A model generated the notes under the pieces. That model had not been told where the DNA came from. It was given only the letters and a program-made list of their open reading frames with translations, and did no database searches. A stretch of DNA of 62,269 nt, counting the filler. It is 4 parts of 4 records of this genome, joined end to end, with 100 filler letters (N's around TTAATTAATTAA, not from the genome) between each part and the next. Parts side by side here need not be neighbours in the genome. Positions count along the whole stretch, not along the records: positions 1 to 10,764 come from DRR378314_579; positions 10,865 to 23,496 come from DRR378314_580; 2 more parts are not named here. One strand, written 5' to 3'. Positions 1 through 11,305 of the stretch are shown piece by piece (positions within the stretch are counted from its first letter, which is position 1; every line of letters begins with the position of its first letter). The position numbers and the translations under genes are program-made.

Positions 1-26
1 AGAGAGAGAGAGAGAGAGAGAGAGAG
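1..26. repeat. (AG)13 microsatellite at window/contig start, inside an HDAC intron
   Basis: Direct reading of the sequence. Confidence 0.95.
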
Positions 27-190
27 CTCAAAACTCCAACAGGCGGAACCGATAGCAGACTCGAACGAAAGCTGCAAAATGGCGACCCGAGGAAGAAGAC
101 AAAGAGGAGGAGGAGGAAACCATCGCAAGCTACGATAAACCCGATGCGCCGCAGCGCGCAAAAATAAATAAAAGATGAACGGCACCGTAC

Positions 191-1926
191 CTCTTCCACG
201 CCATCTCCGTGATGGATATCAATGTCGATGTACAACACGCGCGCATGAAAGCGCAGCAACTCGAGTATCGCAAGTACGATGTCATTGATGTAGCAAAATC
301 CTGAGCTTTCGCACTGCATGGGCGCAACAACAAAAAACGCAGGTAGTGCACATCAAGGGCGCGCCACGACAATTTAGCTGCGTGAGAGGGGAATTTGAGT
401 CTGCGGCAGGTAGTATTCCATGTTCAGCGAAGTCCGCAGTGGACGCGGTCGCGCATCGCGCACGCAAGGTTGTGACGAGCAAACCGCCCTCGAAGACCTG
501 GAGTGCGAAAATACCGTCGCGCGCGCAACAGACGCCATCAACACGCGGAATCGAACGCCTCCGCACCTTTTTCGCGTGGTGCAGACCGCCCGACCAATTG
601 ATCGCAATGTCGTACTCGCCTCCGATCAGCTTCCGTGCCCCGTCCAGCGAGCCGCCGCTGTACAGACGACAGTAATCGTACAGCCCATCAAAGACAGGGC
701 AGTCTTCGCCCACGTTGTCTACGATGACGCACAGGGCAAAGACAACACGCTGAGAGAGGAGCGTCAACAAAAGGGCTCTGCTCGCACACGAGCTACGCTT
801 TGGCTTCCGTTGCTCAAATAACAGAAAGGAAGCATCTCAGCATTGAAAACTCGAGATACTGCACGGCGCTCAAAGCAAAGGAGAAGGAAAGCAGGAAACC
901 GCGAGCGAGAACAGCAAGCTCAGGAGCAGTGCGCGAGCGTAAACGTACAGCGGTAGAGCTGTTCGGAGAGATCATCCACATTATCGGGGTTCACCCTGCG
1001 GAGAAAGTCCACATAGTCATCTGCACATGCAAACGCCGAGGTGATTGTTCCGTGTTACCGCTGTACCGAGGTAGAAAAAGATGAAGACCAACTGGGTGCC
1101 ATGGCAATACCTGTAGAATTCCCCCGCAGGCTCGAGCAAGCGGCTGAGGAAACAATGGGATGGGGAAGAGAAGCTCTCGCGTCGTCCCTGTGCTCCGTAC
1201 CGGCGTGAAATGTGGTCATCTCTTCAAATAATGCACGATGTGGTCGATATATATGCAGCTTCTTGTGGAGGCCATAGTTGAGCACGAGGCTGTGCGTCAT
1301 CGCCTGCGCAAGTGCAACACACACAGAGCAAGTCAGCAACACGCAGAAAAACACCGAACAGCGCTCCAATATGCCAACGCACGCGCGCACCCTAACCATT
1401 CTCCTCAAATGTTTACGTCAGACCCTCCGCCTTGTGCTTGCATGCAAATAGCAGCGGATTAGAGATTCGTTACCGCGTGCGCCTCGAAAGCTGCGAATCG
1501 CGCATTCCGAGCACCATGTGCACAGAGGGACTCGCCAAAGCCTTATAGCGTGAGAGAAACGTCGTGAAATGAGCGCGCGCGTCTCGACCCAAGCAAACGG
1601 GGGTGGATTCTCTGACATCCTAACAGCCCAAACGCACCAGGCGATGAGGTTTCATCGGATGCGACTGTCCATAGTGATGACGGGGCGTATCGGCTGCAGA
1701 GCAACAGAAGAAGCGCGCGAATGGAGCGGCCACCGTGAGACGTGCCGGAAGGCACGAACGCAGCTGCCGCGGTGTCCCTCGCCGCAGCAGCCAAGAGCAG
1801 GAGCGAGGCGGCCACCACGCCAACGTCCACAGCAACTTCAATCGGCAAGCAAATACAGGCAGCTGAAGCTCGTAAGTCGATATCAATGAACTCGCCATCG
1901 TAAAAGTAGCACACGCGGTGCTTCAT
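191..1926 (-). CDS. Class I histone deacetylase (RPD3/HDAC1-3 family), spliced, 3'-truncated at window start
   Basis: Six exons spliced by hand give [41 protein letters not shown]...[12 protein letters not shown]...[14 protein letters not shown]...[54 protein letters not shown]; all intron phases are compatible; intron 1 is GC-AG. Confidence 0.95.
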
Positions 1927-2262
1927 GCTCTCGGATCCTGGGCTGTGTGCTCACACCCGCACGCCGCGAGCGCCGCACAGCACAGGCGCGGAGAATCTCT
2001 TTCGCTCCTCGCGCGTGGACCGAATGGAGCACCAGACACTATGCAATACATTTTGGACAATCAAATACATATACAGTGCAATATCTAGAGCATGGTATCA
2101 AGTTACGAATCAACCACATGAACACTATGCCAAGCACAAAATATGCTACTGTGCCGTACAGGATTCGATTGCCCATTTTTCGCTTCGGCGCAACGGGACC
2201 TGACGCCTTGGTCAGCGCGCCGCAACGAGCAGCGCATTTGCGGAGCAAACACCCGACACGTC

Positions 2263-4354
2263 ATGGCTGGCAAGACTGTGCTTATCACCGGAGCGAATCG
2301 CGGAATCGGTCTCTCCCTCGCGCGGCAGCTGTCGCAGCGAGGATGGATTGTGCTTGCGACTGCGCGTCGAACGGGTGATTCAGATGACGGAATCGGTACG
2401 CGTTCGGCGCTTCGCAACTTCGTAAAACTGCGAAAGGCGGCCGTGTTCCCTTCTTGCCGCTGCGAGCACTTTTGGCTGCTGCAACACCGGCGCCCTGGCG
2501 CCCGTGGCTTTCGCTGCGCGAGACGGAAGCAAAAGGGAGTACCCGCCGACGTACTTCATGCATTTCGATTGAAAGTAATATCAAGTGTTGCTTGCGCTCA
2601 GAATTGGTCATCTATCCTATTTGTTCCCGATTTACTGCGCGCGAACGCTGTCCGCCGCAGCGGAGCTCCGCACAGTGGCGCACCACGTGCACACGCTCGA
2701 CGTGACAAGTGAGGATAGCGTGCACGCCCTCGGAAACGCACTGCATGACAAGGCCATCAATATGCTTATCAATAACAGGTACGTTCTGATACGCTCTTGC
2801 TCTTTCAAGCGCGGTTTGTTTCGGTGCACGGGTACACTTGCGAGTCCTTCTGCGAACGTCCGTTGCCTCTCACACTATTGCGGCTCGCTGCGCGCAACCA
2901 CTTGCAGCGGCGTTTTGTTCCGCGAGAGCATCGATTCGTTTACTACGGAGCAAATCACACGCCAATTCGAGGTACGCATGGGCGAAAGAAGCTGTATTAA
3001 TTTGGATGGAGACACGTGGTCGGGATCGGAGTGCTGCACTCGGCCCAAGTGACTCAGCTGCGGAAGCGGTGCCTGTGCTTCCTCGTTGCTGCGCAGGTGA
3101 ACGCGCTTGGCCCTCTCCGGGTCACGCGCGCGCTGATCCCGTCGCTCAAGCTTGCCCACAAGGTACGCCGCGCCCATCGCGCGCCGACACGACCATGCAC
3201 ATGTAAGATTCTTTCGCCTTCCATTGTATGTACTGCAGGAATATTGAACTGATTTGTTTAGTGATTGCCTTGCGGCTGCCTTGATGCCGGGGTTTTGACG
3301 CAGACCGCTGGTGAGCGAGCAGTCGTCGCAAACATTACGAGCAGGATGGGTTCTATTGCCGACAACACCTCGGGAGGGATGTACGGATACAGGTGCGCTT
3401 GTGATCCCGCTCGTGTAGCATTGCATTGTTTTATTTACGATGTCGAAGAGGTTACTGCATCCTGGCCGTGGATGACCAGCGAGATCGTGGAAATGAAATC
3501 GGTGCTGCGCTCATGTGCGTCCATCACGAGCGCCAGTCCCGCGAATCCTCACGAGCACCCAAGTGCACTTCTCTCTGCCTTACTTGTGGCTTCCTCTCAC
3601 AAACATGCAGAGCATCGAAGGCAGCTCTCAATGCTTTTGCCAAGTCCCTGTCGATCGATCTTGGAGACTTTGCCGAGGTTTTCCTCGTCCATCCTGGTTA
3701 TATTCAGGTGCGCGGATGCAAGAACGCGCACGGGCGTCTACGGGGAGCGCACGAGTTCCCCGACGCTTGCACTCCTCTCCTGCTGGGCCTCCTGCCAGCT
3801 GCGGGGTTCCAGCCCACTCCCACCGCCACCCAGGGACCGAGCAGTCTGTTAATATCGTTTTCACTCTGTACGATTACAAACACACAACAATGCGAGTGGT
3901 GATAAGCGGTTCAGCGCGAAGCGTGGTATGGTCGTACGCGGGCCAGAAACTTGTCGCTTGTCGGCGTGCGGCAGTGTCCTGCCAAAGAAGCTCTTCTGCC
4001 ACCCTCGGGCCGCCCATCGCGAACCGAGCCATTCCAACAAAGCGCGGAGCAAGAGTACTTCCTAATATCAAGCTGCTATTTTCTTGCACCTATTGTTCGT
4101 CTTGATCGCTGTGGATGTCTACGGCGAGACGGCTGTTCGTTCGCAGTGGTCTCCGTCGTCGTCGTGCTTGCTCTCATTGGCGTTGCGCCACCGTGAATAT
4201 GCCCTCCCTGTTGCCCCAGACGCGCATGACCGGGAACACCGGTGACATGAGTCCAGACGATGCCGCGCAACGAATTGTGGAAAATGTTTTGCTGAAAGCA
4301 GGAAAGCGCGACGGCAAGTTCTTCCACCGCGACGGGCCTGAACTCCCGTGGTAA
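2263..4354 (+). CDS. Short-chain dehydrogenase/reductase, CsgA/C-factor-like, 7 exons
   Basis: TGANRGIG Rossmann motif, LINNSG, NITSRMGSI, YRASK catalytic motif (split by an intron), HPGYIQTRM, C-terminal ELPW*; six phase-consistent GT-AG introns. Confidence 0.92.
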
Positions 4355-4918
4355 GGTTTCGGGTACAACTGCGCCTTCAATGGCGCGGCGGAGGACGTCG
4401 ATACACTGAAGGGATCCGCCTTTGCATGCCCAGCACCCGGGGCGCGTCTCTCGCACGCGCCTATCGTGCGCTGTGGCTGTGGCAGTCGCTGTCGTAGCGC
4501 GCTCTCGCGAGCAGACAGGAATACACAAGTAGTGTGGTCCCCTCGCCCCTATCGAGCCATCGCCCCGCAGCGCGCGCAAGCTCGGAGCACAGCGAAAGGA
4601 GCTAGCGCAAGCCCCGTGTCACTTGCGGCATATTTCTGCGATTTTCAAGTGCTTGCGCGACCCGTTACATGGCATCATTCTGCCGCGATCGGCGTCTGTG
4701 CTTCTAAGAGGCGCGCACGTGTCACTGCTCTAACAGAGAAGCGACGACGTGCGGAAGAAAAGTGACCGTGCGACTCAATCGTTGGCAGCGCGGCCTCTCG
4801 CAATTCTCCTTGCCGCGACCGTTGCTATCGACTGGAAAACTGCTCTGAACATTTTGCGTCGATATTTTCGCTCATTTTTATCGTCTATATACAAAAATTG
4901 TTAATATCGGAGACGGAG

Positions 4919-5748
4919 ATGTCCACAACCGTGAGCATCGCTCCGCCCCAAGGGCCAGAAGAGGCTGCGGAGCAGGCGGACCCTGACGATCGCGACAGAG
5001 TTGATACTTCAGAGATTCAACTTGCCGTTGTTGCCGCAGAGTCCTTCGGTTTGGCTTCCTCTTGGCAGACCTTGTCTACGGCAAGGTATTTGCCCAGCGC
5101 TTTAATACTACACAAGCCCGTAATGCGAGCGGAGGCAAATGGATACGTGCACCTTCCAGTGATTTCTCAGGTATGGCTGCTCACACTACTCTGCGTCGAG
5201 CGGGGTCGCCTGTCTTTGTATGTGGACGGCGCCTTACGCAGGATCCATACACGGAATGTCGAAAAAAAGGTGCAATAGCATCCGCGCATTGTTTTCCTCC
5301 CGTCTGTTTACTCGCACCAACAATCCTTGTTACTAAACAAGTTTGGCAGCTCTGCATACACTCAGTTTATGCCGTCATAGTGCTGCTCCACTGCAAGCGT
5401 TGCGCTGCTGCCGCACACACAAACGTAAGAGGCAGGTGATGCGCCGACTATCAAGCAGCGCACTCCTCCTCGCTCCATTCTGAGTGACAGTTTGCTCATG
5501 CCTTCGCGCCGTTCAACTGTGCCGCATCATACTTTGCGTTCTACCTTTACGAATATACGTGATATCTCTCGCAGAAAGGAAGCCGCAGACACCTTCGATA
5601 CAGCGTATCAGAAGCACCTGTTCGAGTGCTGGACATGGCCGTGTCTCTGCAACGTCTCGCGCGCGACGCCGCCTTGGGAGCTGCTGAAGAAGCGGAGTAC
5701 GCACTCACGCCGGAGTACCTGATCTGTGTAGGTAGGCGCGCCCAATAA
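4919..5748 (+). CDS. Hypothetical eukaryotic protein, tentative 2-exon model
   Basis: ORF MSTTVSIAPPQGPEE...NVEKK, then GTGCAA donor and ctctcgcag acceptor, then KGSRRHLRYSV...YLICVGRRAQ*; no recognisable domain; other splicings are possible. Confidence 0.35.
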
Positions 5749-6710
5749 TTGTATCCAGCACAAATTACTACGAAATATGCAGGGAGAAAACATTCGATGA
5801 TCATTTTCTGCAGTGCCTTTTTTTATTTTGTGCTGCTTCGAACAACGAAACGGGATCGGCGCCGCTCGAACGTCGCCAGAGGCCTCGGTAGCTGGCAACT
5901 GAAGCACCTTGTTGCGCTCGACAAATCGGCGTGGCATCCCGTCGCAGCCACTTTCTCTCACCATAATTCTTTGTCCAAATGTTATTTTCTGCATCTTTCG
6001 CTAACAGTGGATCATTTGTCTTGCATGACGCCCGGGCCAGTTTTCTGCACCGCGCCGCCTTCATTTCAGGACCATACAGGCGCCAAGAAGCACGTCGCGC
6101 GGCCGTCGCTGTTCCTCTTTGGAATCTCCCTTGAGCACAAACCATCGTCGTCAGCGATTTCCGCGCACAAGCACCTGTGCAAGACAGCATGTCAAGAGAT
6201 GTTGAAATCGCAACTCCATGAAGCAAAGAGTACGACGTTGCCGATTGAGGCCCCGAATGCCAAATATATTCCAAGAAAAGGTACGATGCGGCTTCCGGCT
6301 GAGCGCATTTGTATCTGCACAGCAAGTGGGATCGAACAATATTCGACAACTAAAACTCCCACAAGGAACCAAATAAAGCTCGAAAGAGGTCTCATCTGAC
6401 AACAATGTGGTGTTGTTCATTACCATGCGTGTTTACAGGAAGATTCCTCCAGTCATTGCTGTGCTGTTGGGGGTACGATCCATAGCTCCACCGGACTCTT
6501 TGCGGCAGCTACGTCGCAGCTCGGATCTTTTTCACTTTTCCCACAGCTGCTTTTCAGCTGAGGGTAAATGATACGCGAATAGCGCGACATTTTTCTCGCT
6601 GTGCATTTTTGTCCTTTTTTCTTCATTTCTCACGTGCGCGGTGGAGGTACCGGCGCTTAGCGGGGAAGAAGATGCCACATCAGCTCCGCTGTCCTTGCAA
6701 TACACCAGTG

Positions 6711-9180
6711 CTACTTCGTCCACAGCTTCACAGAATGGTCAAATGATCCCGTCAGCAACGCAAACTCGTTGTCGTCGCCGTTTGTTGTGGTGCAAATAGC
6801 ACGTGGTAACTTTGTGTGTCCTATGAGTTCAGCTGCAACGCTTTCCGTTGCTGTTTCCCACACAACAACTTTGTTATCCTGCAAGCAACAAGGAGCCCCC
6901 ATGTGCGCATGGAACAGCGCCATGAATACAAGCGGAACGTGCACCGTTACCATCCAATCATTTACAAACAAATCCGCCATTCTCAAGAAGCTTACGTAGC
7001 GTAGACGCCCGCTGCTAACCCTCTCTTGACGGAAAGAAGTCCAGAAACAGCAATCTTGCTGGGAAACCAGGTGCGCAGAGCGCAAAAAGGAAGTGAATCT
7101 CACTCCAAAGATGTCACACGATCCACTACGACTGTATTGAAAGGTGCAAAGCAGAACATACGCAGGACGATCCAACTTCACGCCGTCCACAATGCAGAAG
7201 GAACATACCTGCGAAGTACAGGCAATGTACTCCATATTCGGGTGCAACGCGCAGCGCGGCTGCGAGAAACCGTCGTTCAACACCCCGCACAACAGACGGA
7301 GTGGCTGCGAGTTCCCAATTTGGTACACCAACACGCGCGACGTGTCCGTCGCCACAACCACGAACCTGTGGGCAATGAACAGATCATAGCGTGACCATAG
7401 ACATGGTGGTTATGAAAGTGTTGGGGTTAGCGCGCGGCTAACGAGGTCGCAGTGTATCCGCGACAACGACGAGACGCACGACGGCAGAGAACTGCGCGCT
7501 GCTGACGACTACGTCTGCCAGCGGCGAGCACGGTGCGCAGAAGAAGCCGTCCTTCACTGCGATCAATCGGAATATCACTAGCGCATACGAGCAATCGCTG
7601 GGACAGAAGAATAAGTGTACAAAAGACCGCGGGTGCTGGTGGTGGTGGTGGTAAAGGAACCGCTATCGTTTCACCCTAGGACAGAGAGAGAAAGAAAGAG
7701 GAAGGACAACGCGTGGTGGAACGTCGATGGTGCTCGTCCAGAGATTCACAGGACGTCCACACGCACGAACCACCGTGCCATAAGCTAACAAACTTGCTAC
7801 GGAAACGCACTATGCATCTGTCCTACTCACTCTCTCTGAGACCGCAAGCTCCGATCCATCGCAAGAGGCTACTCTATCGACCCGCACACGGAGAGGGAAC
7901 ACTCTCTTTCGCGTTGTACATCGAGCTGGATACAGCCTTGGCAAACGCAGCTTTGCAGGCGGGAATCGAGCTGGACGATATCGCCGCGAGTGCGCACCTG
8001 CCATCGTTGGAAACCTTGATATCAAGCGCGGCGAAGCTCACATGATCGTCGCCGTTCGCATTCAAGTTCATTTTTGTTACCGTGTTTGCATCTACATCCC
8101 ACATGTGCAGGTAATTATCGCCTCGGACACCAATGACGAGAATGTGGGTGTCTGGAATCGTGCACAAACTCTCGACGTTCCCGACAAACTGCTTGCGCAT
8201 GGCGAAGGAGAACGCGCCGCCAGTCTCTTTCCTCTTGTACACTCTCGCAGTGTGGTCATAGGATCCAGTGGCCAAAACTTCGCCATCGGACGAAAAGCAC
8301 ACACGGTTGGCATATTTCTGGTGTTCGTGGAACTGCTGGAGCGCTTCGCCTGTGCCGGCATCCGAGATCACGCACGCGCCGTCCATCCCCGTCGTGGCAA
8401 CGACGAGCTTCGCGCTGGGGAGGAACGCAGCGTCGAGCACTGCGCTGTCGTGCGGCGTCAGCGTGCGCTCAGGGGCATCGCTGCCGGTCCGAAAGATCTG
8501 AACAGTTCGATCTGAACCACAAGATATCACTAATGAAGCGTCATCTGGATGTGTCGCAACGCACAGAACGTTTCCCGTATGCAGCTGCGCGAAAGATTTC
8601 GCGCATTGCGACGGCGGTGCGCTCGCGGGCTCGGTCAACAGATCGGCCTGTGGAAAGAGACAGAGCAGCACATCCGCGCGCACGCATCAAGCATACATGC
8701 CGTCGAGCGAGGAAGCCAGCACCACGCCAATGAGCAGAACAGAACCATCAATGTGTATACCAAACACAGTCGTTATAAGGGTCCGCATTCCCGAGAGAAA
8801 CAGCACATGCCAAGTAGCACTGCCACGTGCATCATATCGCACGTGGGTCCACTACCGAGCTTTCCACTCGTGATTGCTGGCAGCTGCCGCTGGCTCAACA
8901 CGTGTACCGTGATGAGAACGGAGAACTTCATCCCTAAACCAACAAATCGGAGAGATAAGCTACCATGTCTTTCAGATCAGGGACCGTGATGAATGTTAAA
9001 AGGGCAACAAAAAGGACACCGTCCAGGCAAGAAGGCGCGCAACAAACTCGCACACGCTCGCACGCGCGAGCCGCAGGTGCCCGAGAAGACGCGCGCGCCG
9101 ATCTGACAACCAGAGCGCGGCACCACCCGCGGGTTCTGCAGCCAAGCGACACGTACCATAGCATCGCGGCTATCTGTCAT
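6711..9180 (-). CDS. WD40-repeat protein, 4 exons
   Basis: MTDSRDAM|ADLLTEP...; repeats HTGNVLCV..GSDRTVQIF, HQKYANRV..GSYDHTARVY and GHTKLPRAI..GSFDHSVKLW; GT-AG junctions in phase (SNDGR|FVVVATD, CTSQ|DNKVVVW). Confidence 0.88.
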
Positions 9181-9584
9181 AGCGGGACGATGAGATATTT
9201 CTGTGCGGTGGTGAAGAGATTAGGATCGGGAAACCTCGCAACTCTCCCTGTTGTATTCCGAGGGAGGGTAGTGTGTTTCGCTGCAGAGCGAACAGACCCG
9301 TACGCGCAGAGCGCGCACTGAGCACGGGGAACCGAAGCGTAGGAAATGCGTTTGAAAGCGGCGATGAGCGCCTCCTAAAGGATAGAGAAACAACTTAGAT
9401 TGGGTATTTTCATACACATATAACAACGGATCAGATGCTGTACACACGTAAGATTCTCGCACGCTGCGAACCGAGCGCGCCAGCCGTACCTGCGGCAGGT
9501 CGAGGATTGCTGCGCGTGCTGACTGGCAGCGCTGCGGCGCCGAACGCTGTGCAGCCAACATGTTCGTGAAACCTACCGGCAAAC

Positions 9585-10270
9585 CTATTCGTTGCCAGAG
9601 CGCGGGAAGCGCGCGAGGCTTCGCACGCTGCGGTGCCTGGAAAAACCGTCGAATCGAGCGCACTGCGATGATTCGTGCTTGCGTGCGAGTAGTTCGAGGG
9701 ATACCACGCCAGGCGCGCGTGTGCTTGCCCGTGCAACTGAGAGGCTCGTTTTCAAATGCTGCGGGTGACGCAAATGGCATCCCTGCCGAGGAAGGTGCCG
9801 ACTGCGCCTCACGGCGGGAAAAGCGCCGAACTCGCTTTGCTTCATACGCGGCGCGTTTGCTGCAGGTGAGAAGTACATCCGGATCATGTTTGATTTTTTC
9901 ATTCTTTTGGTGACATTCACACGATCTGAAGGAAGCGCTGTGGGAGATTGCGCTGCTACGCGCGCTTTTTGAGGCGATCCACTTTGGTTCGCTGTTGTCG
10001 GCTTCGTATACGCCGAGGTTGCAGGCACGCCAGCACTTTGCTTGGGCGTGCTGGAACGCGGTGCCTTGTCCCTTTCCTCGAATGACTCCATCCTCTCCAA
10101 GTATTTGTTTTCAAACCTTCTCGCAAGTTGTCTTGGAAGTTTGCACTCACACAGAATGTATGGCAAGATTTGCGCCTGGGGAGGAGGGCCTAACACATCC
10201 TCTGCGGCGATTGTTCCTGTCTCGCTCGCAGCGCCGTCCGGTTGGAGAGTCGGAGCTACTCGACAAGCTG
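9585..10270 (-). CDS. Probable exon(s) of a hypothetical eukaryotic gene
   Basis: Open frame of >200 codons (..LPRQLARRFENKYLERMESFEERDK..); exon structure unresolved. Confidence 0.3.
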
Positions 10271-10764
10271 TGCCGAAGAAACGCTACTGCTTCCGAAGCT
10301 GAAGAGGTCGTGCGGGAGATGAAATCGTTTGGGGTATGTTTCGCTTTGTGTTGTGCCAGAACGTGATGCAAGCGTGCTCTTGTATGCACCGGATGGTCTC
10401 CTGGGAGTCCTCGTTCCCTTGTCCGCTGGCGCTGCTTCGAGACGCGCAGGAGCGCAGGCCGAAGAACACGCGTTCACTGCGGTTCTGCTGGGAAACGTGG
10501 CCGTGATTGTAGCGCCATTTACTTGGTCGAACTTTGACCTGATTCCCCAACTCTGGGATTTCTCATATACCTTATTTTCTTCTGTATTATGCATGTTTGC
10601 AGTTACTCGATGATGCTGGGTATGCACGCGCGCTTGTGAATCAGTGGACACTATTTCAGCCGGCAGGGCGGCGGTTTCTTGTGCAGGTGCGCGGCGGCAC
10701 GACTGTTCCGGAGCACGCGCCGAGGCACTGGCGCACTTGAGCACTTTTGCTGCAACTCTTGGCG

Positions 10765-10864
10765 NNNNNNNNNNNNNNNNNNNNNNNNNNNNNNNNNNNN
10801 NNNNNNNNTTAATTAATTAANNNNNNNNNNNNNNNNNNNNNNNNNNNNNNNNNNNNNNNNNNNN
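10765..10864. other. Artificial contig spacer N44-TTAATTAATTAA-N44
   Basis: All-frame stop linker flanked by Ns; the same spacer occurs three times; organism changes across it. Confidence 0.97.
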
Positions 10865-11099
10865 TGGTGAACCCGCCCAGCACGCCGGTCATCACGAAGG
10901 GCGCCATCGGTGTCAGCCCCTTGTGTGCCGCCAGCACCACGAAGACGCCCATCAAGCCGGAGCCGAGGATGTTCACCCCCAGCACGCCCAGCGGAAACGG
11001 GGTCGGCCCCATCAGGCGTATGACGCCCAATCCTGCCAAATAGCGGCAGGTCGCGCCGATCGCGCCTCCAAGCGCCACATTCATTACGTTCAACAACAT
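10865..11099 (-). CDS. crcB: Fluoride efflux channel CrcB/Fluc, 3'-truncated
   Basis: VALGGAIGATCRY, VNILGS and TGVLGGFT signature motifs. Confidence 0.93.
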
Positions 11100-11230
11100 G
11101 CACGCTCCCTTCGCGCGGAGCGCGCGGGATGTCAAGTTTTGCTGCCCCATGGCCGCTCTGCACCGGGTGCAGGGCAGCGCGCGGGACGGACCGCGCTAGA
11201 TCGCGCAGTAGTCGATCACAATCGCGCAAG

Positions 11231-11247
11231 CTTCCAGTGGGTGGAAG
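11231..11247. promoter_or_regulatory. Candidate CueR-type operator (CTTCC-N7-GGAAG)
   Basis: CTTCCAGTGGGTGGAAG dyad ~60 nt upstream of the multicopper oxidase; no clear flanking -35/-10. Confidence 0.45.
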
Positions 11248-11305
11248 ACTTGTGCGACCAAGTCCCCCGGCTAGGGTCAGGCAACAGCAACGAAAGACAA
11301 ACGCC

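Noticed and set aside
1-10764. Alternative genetic code in the eukaryote
   Set aside because: Spliced HDAC, SDR and WD40 exons read through under the standard code; complete genes end in TAA, TAG or (last contig) TGA
10809-10820. TTAATTAATTAA as a biological motif or transposon target site
   Set aside because: It is an all-frame stop linker always centred in Ns
11100-11305. Fluoride riboswitch upstream of crcB
   Set aside because: No recognisable GGCGATGG..TGAC..CTAC-type consensus on the minus strand
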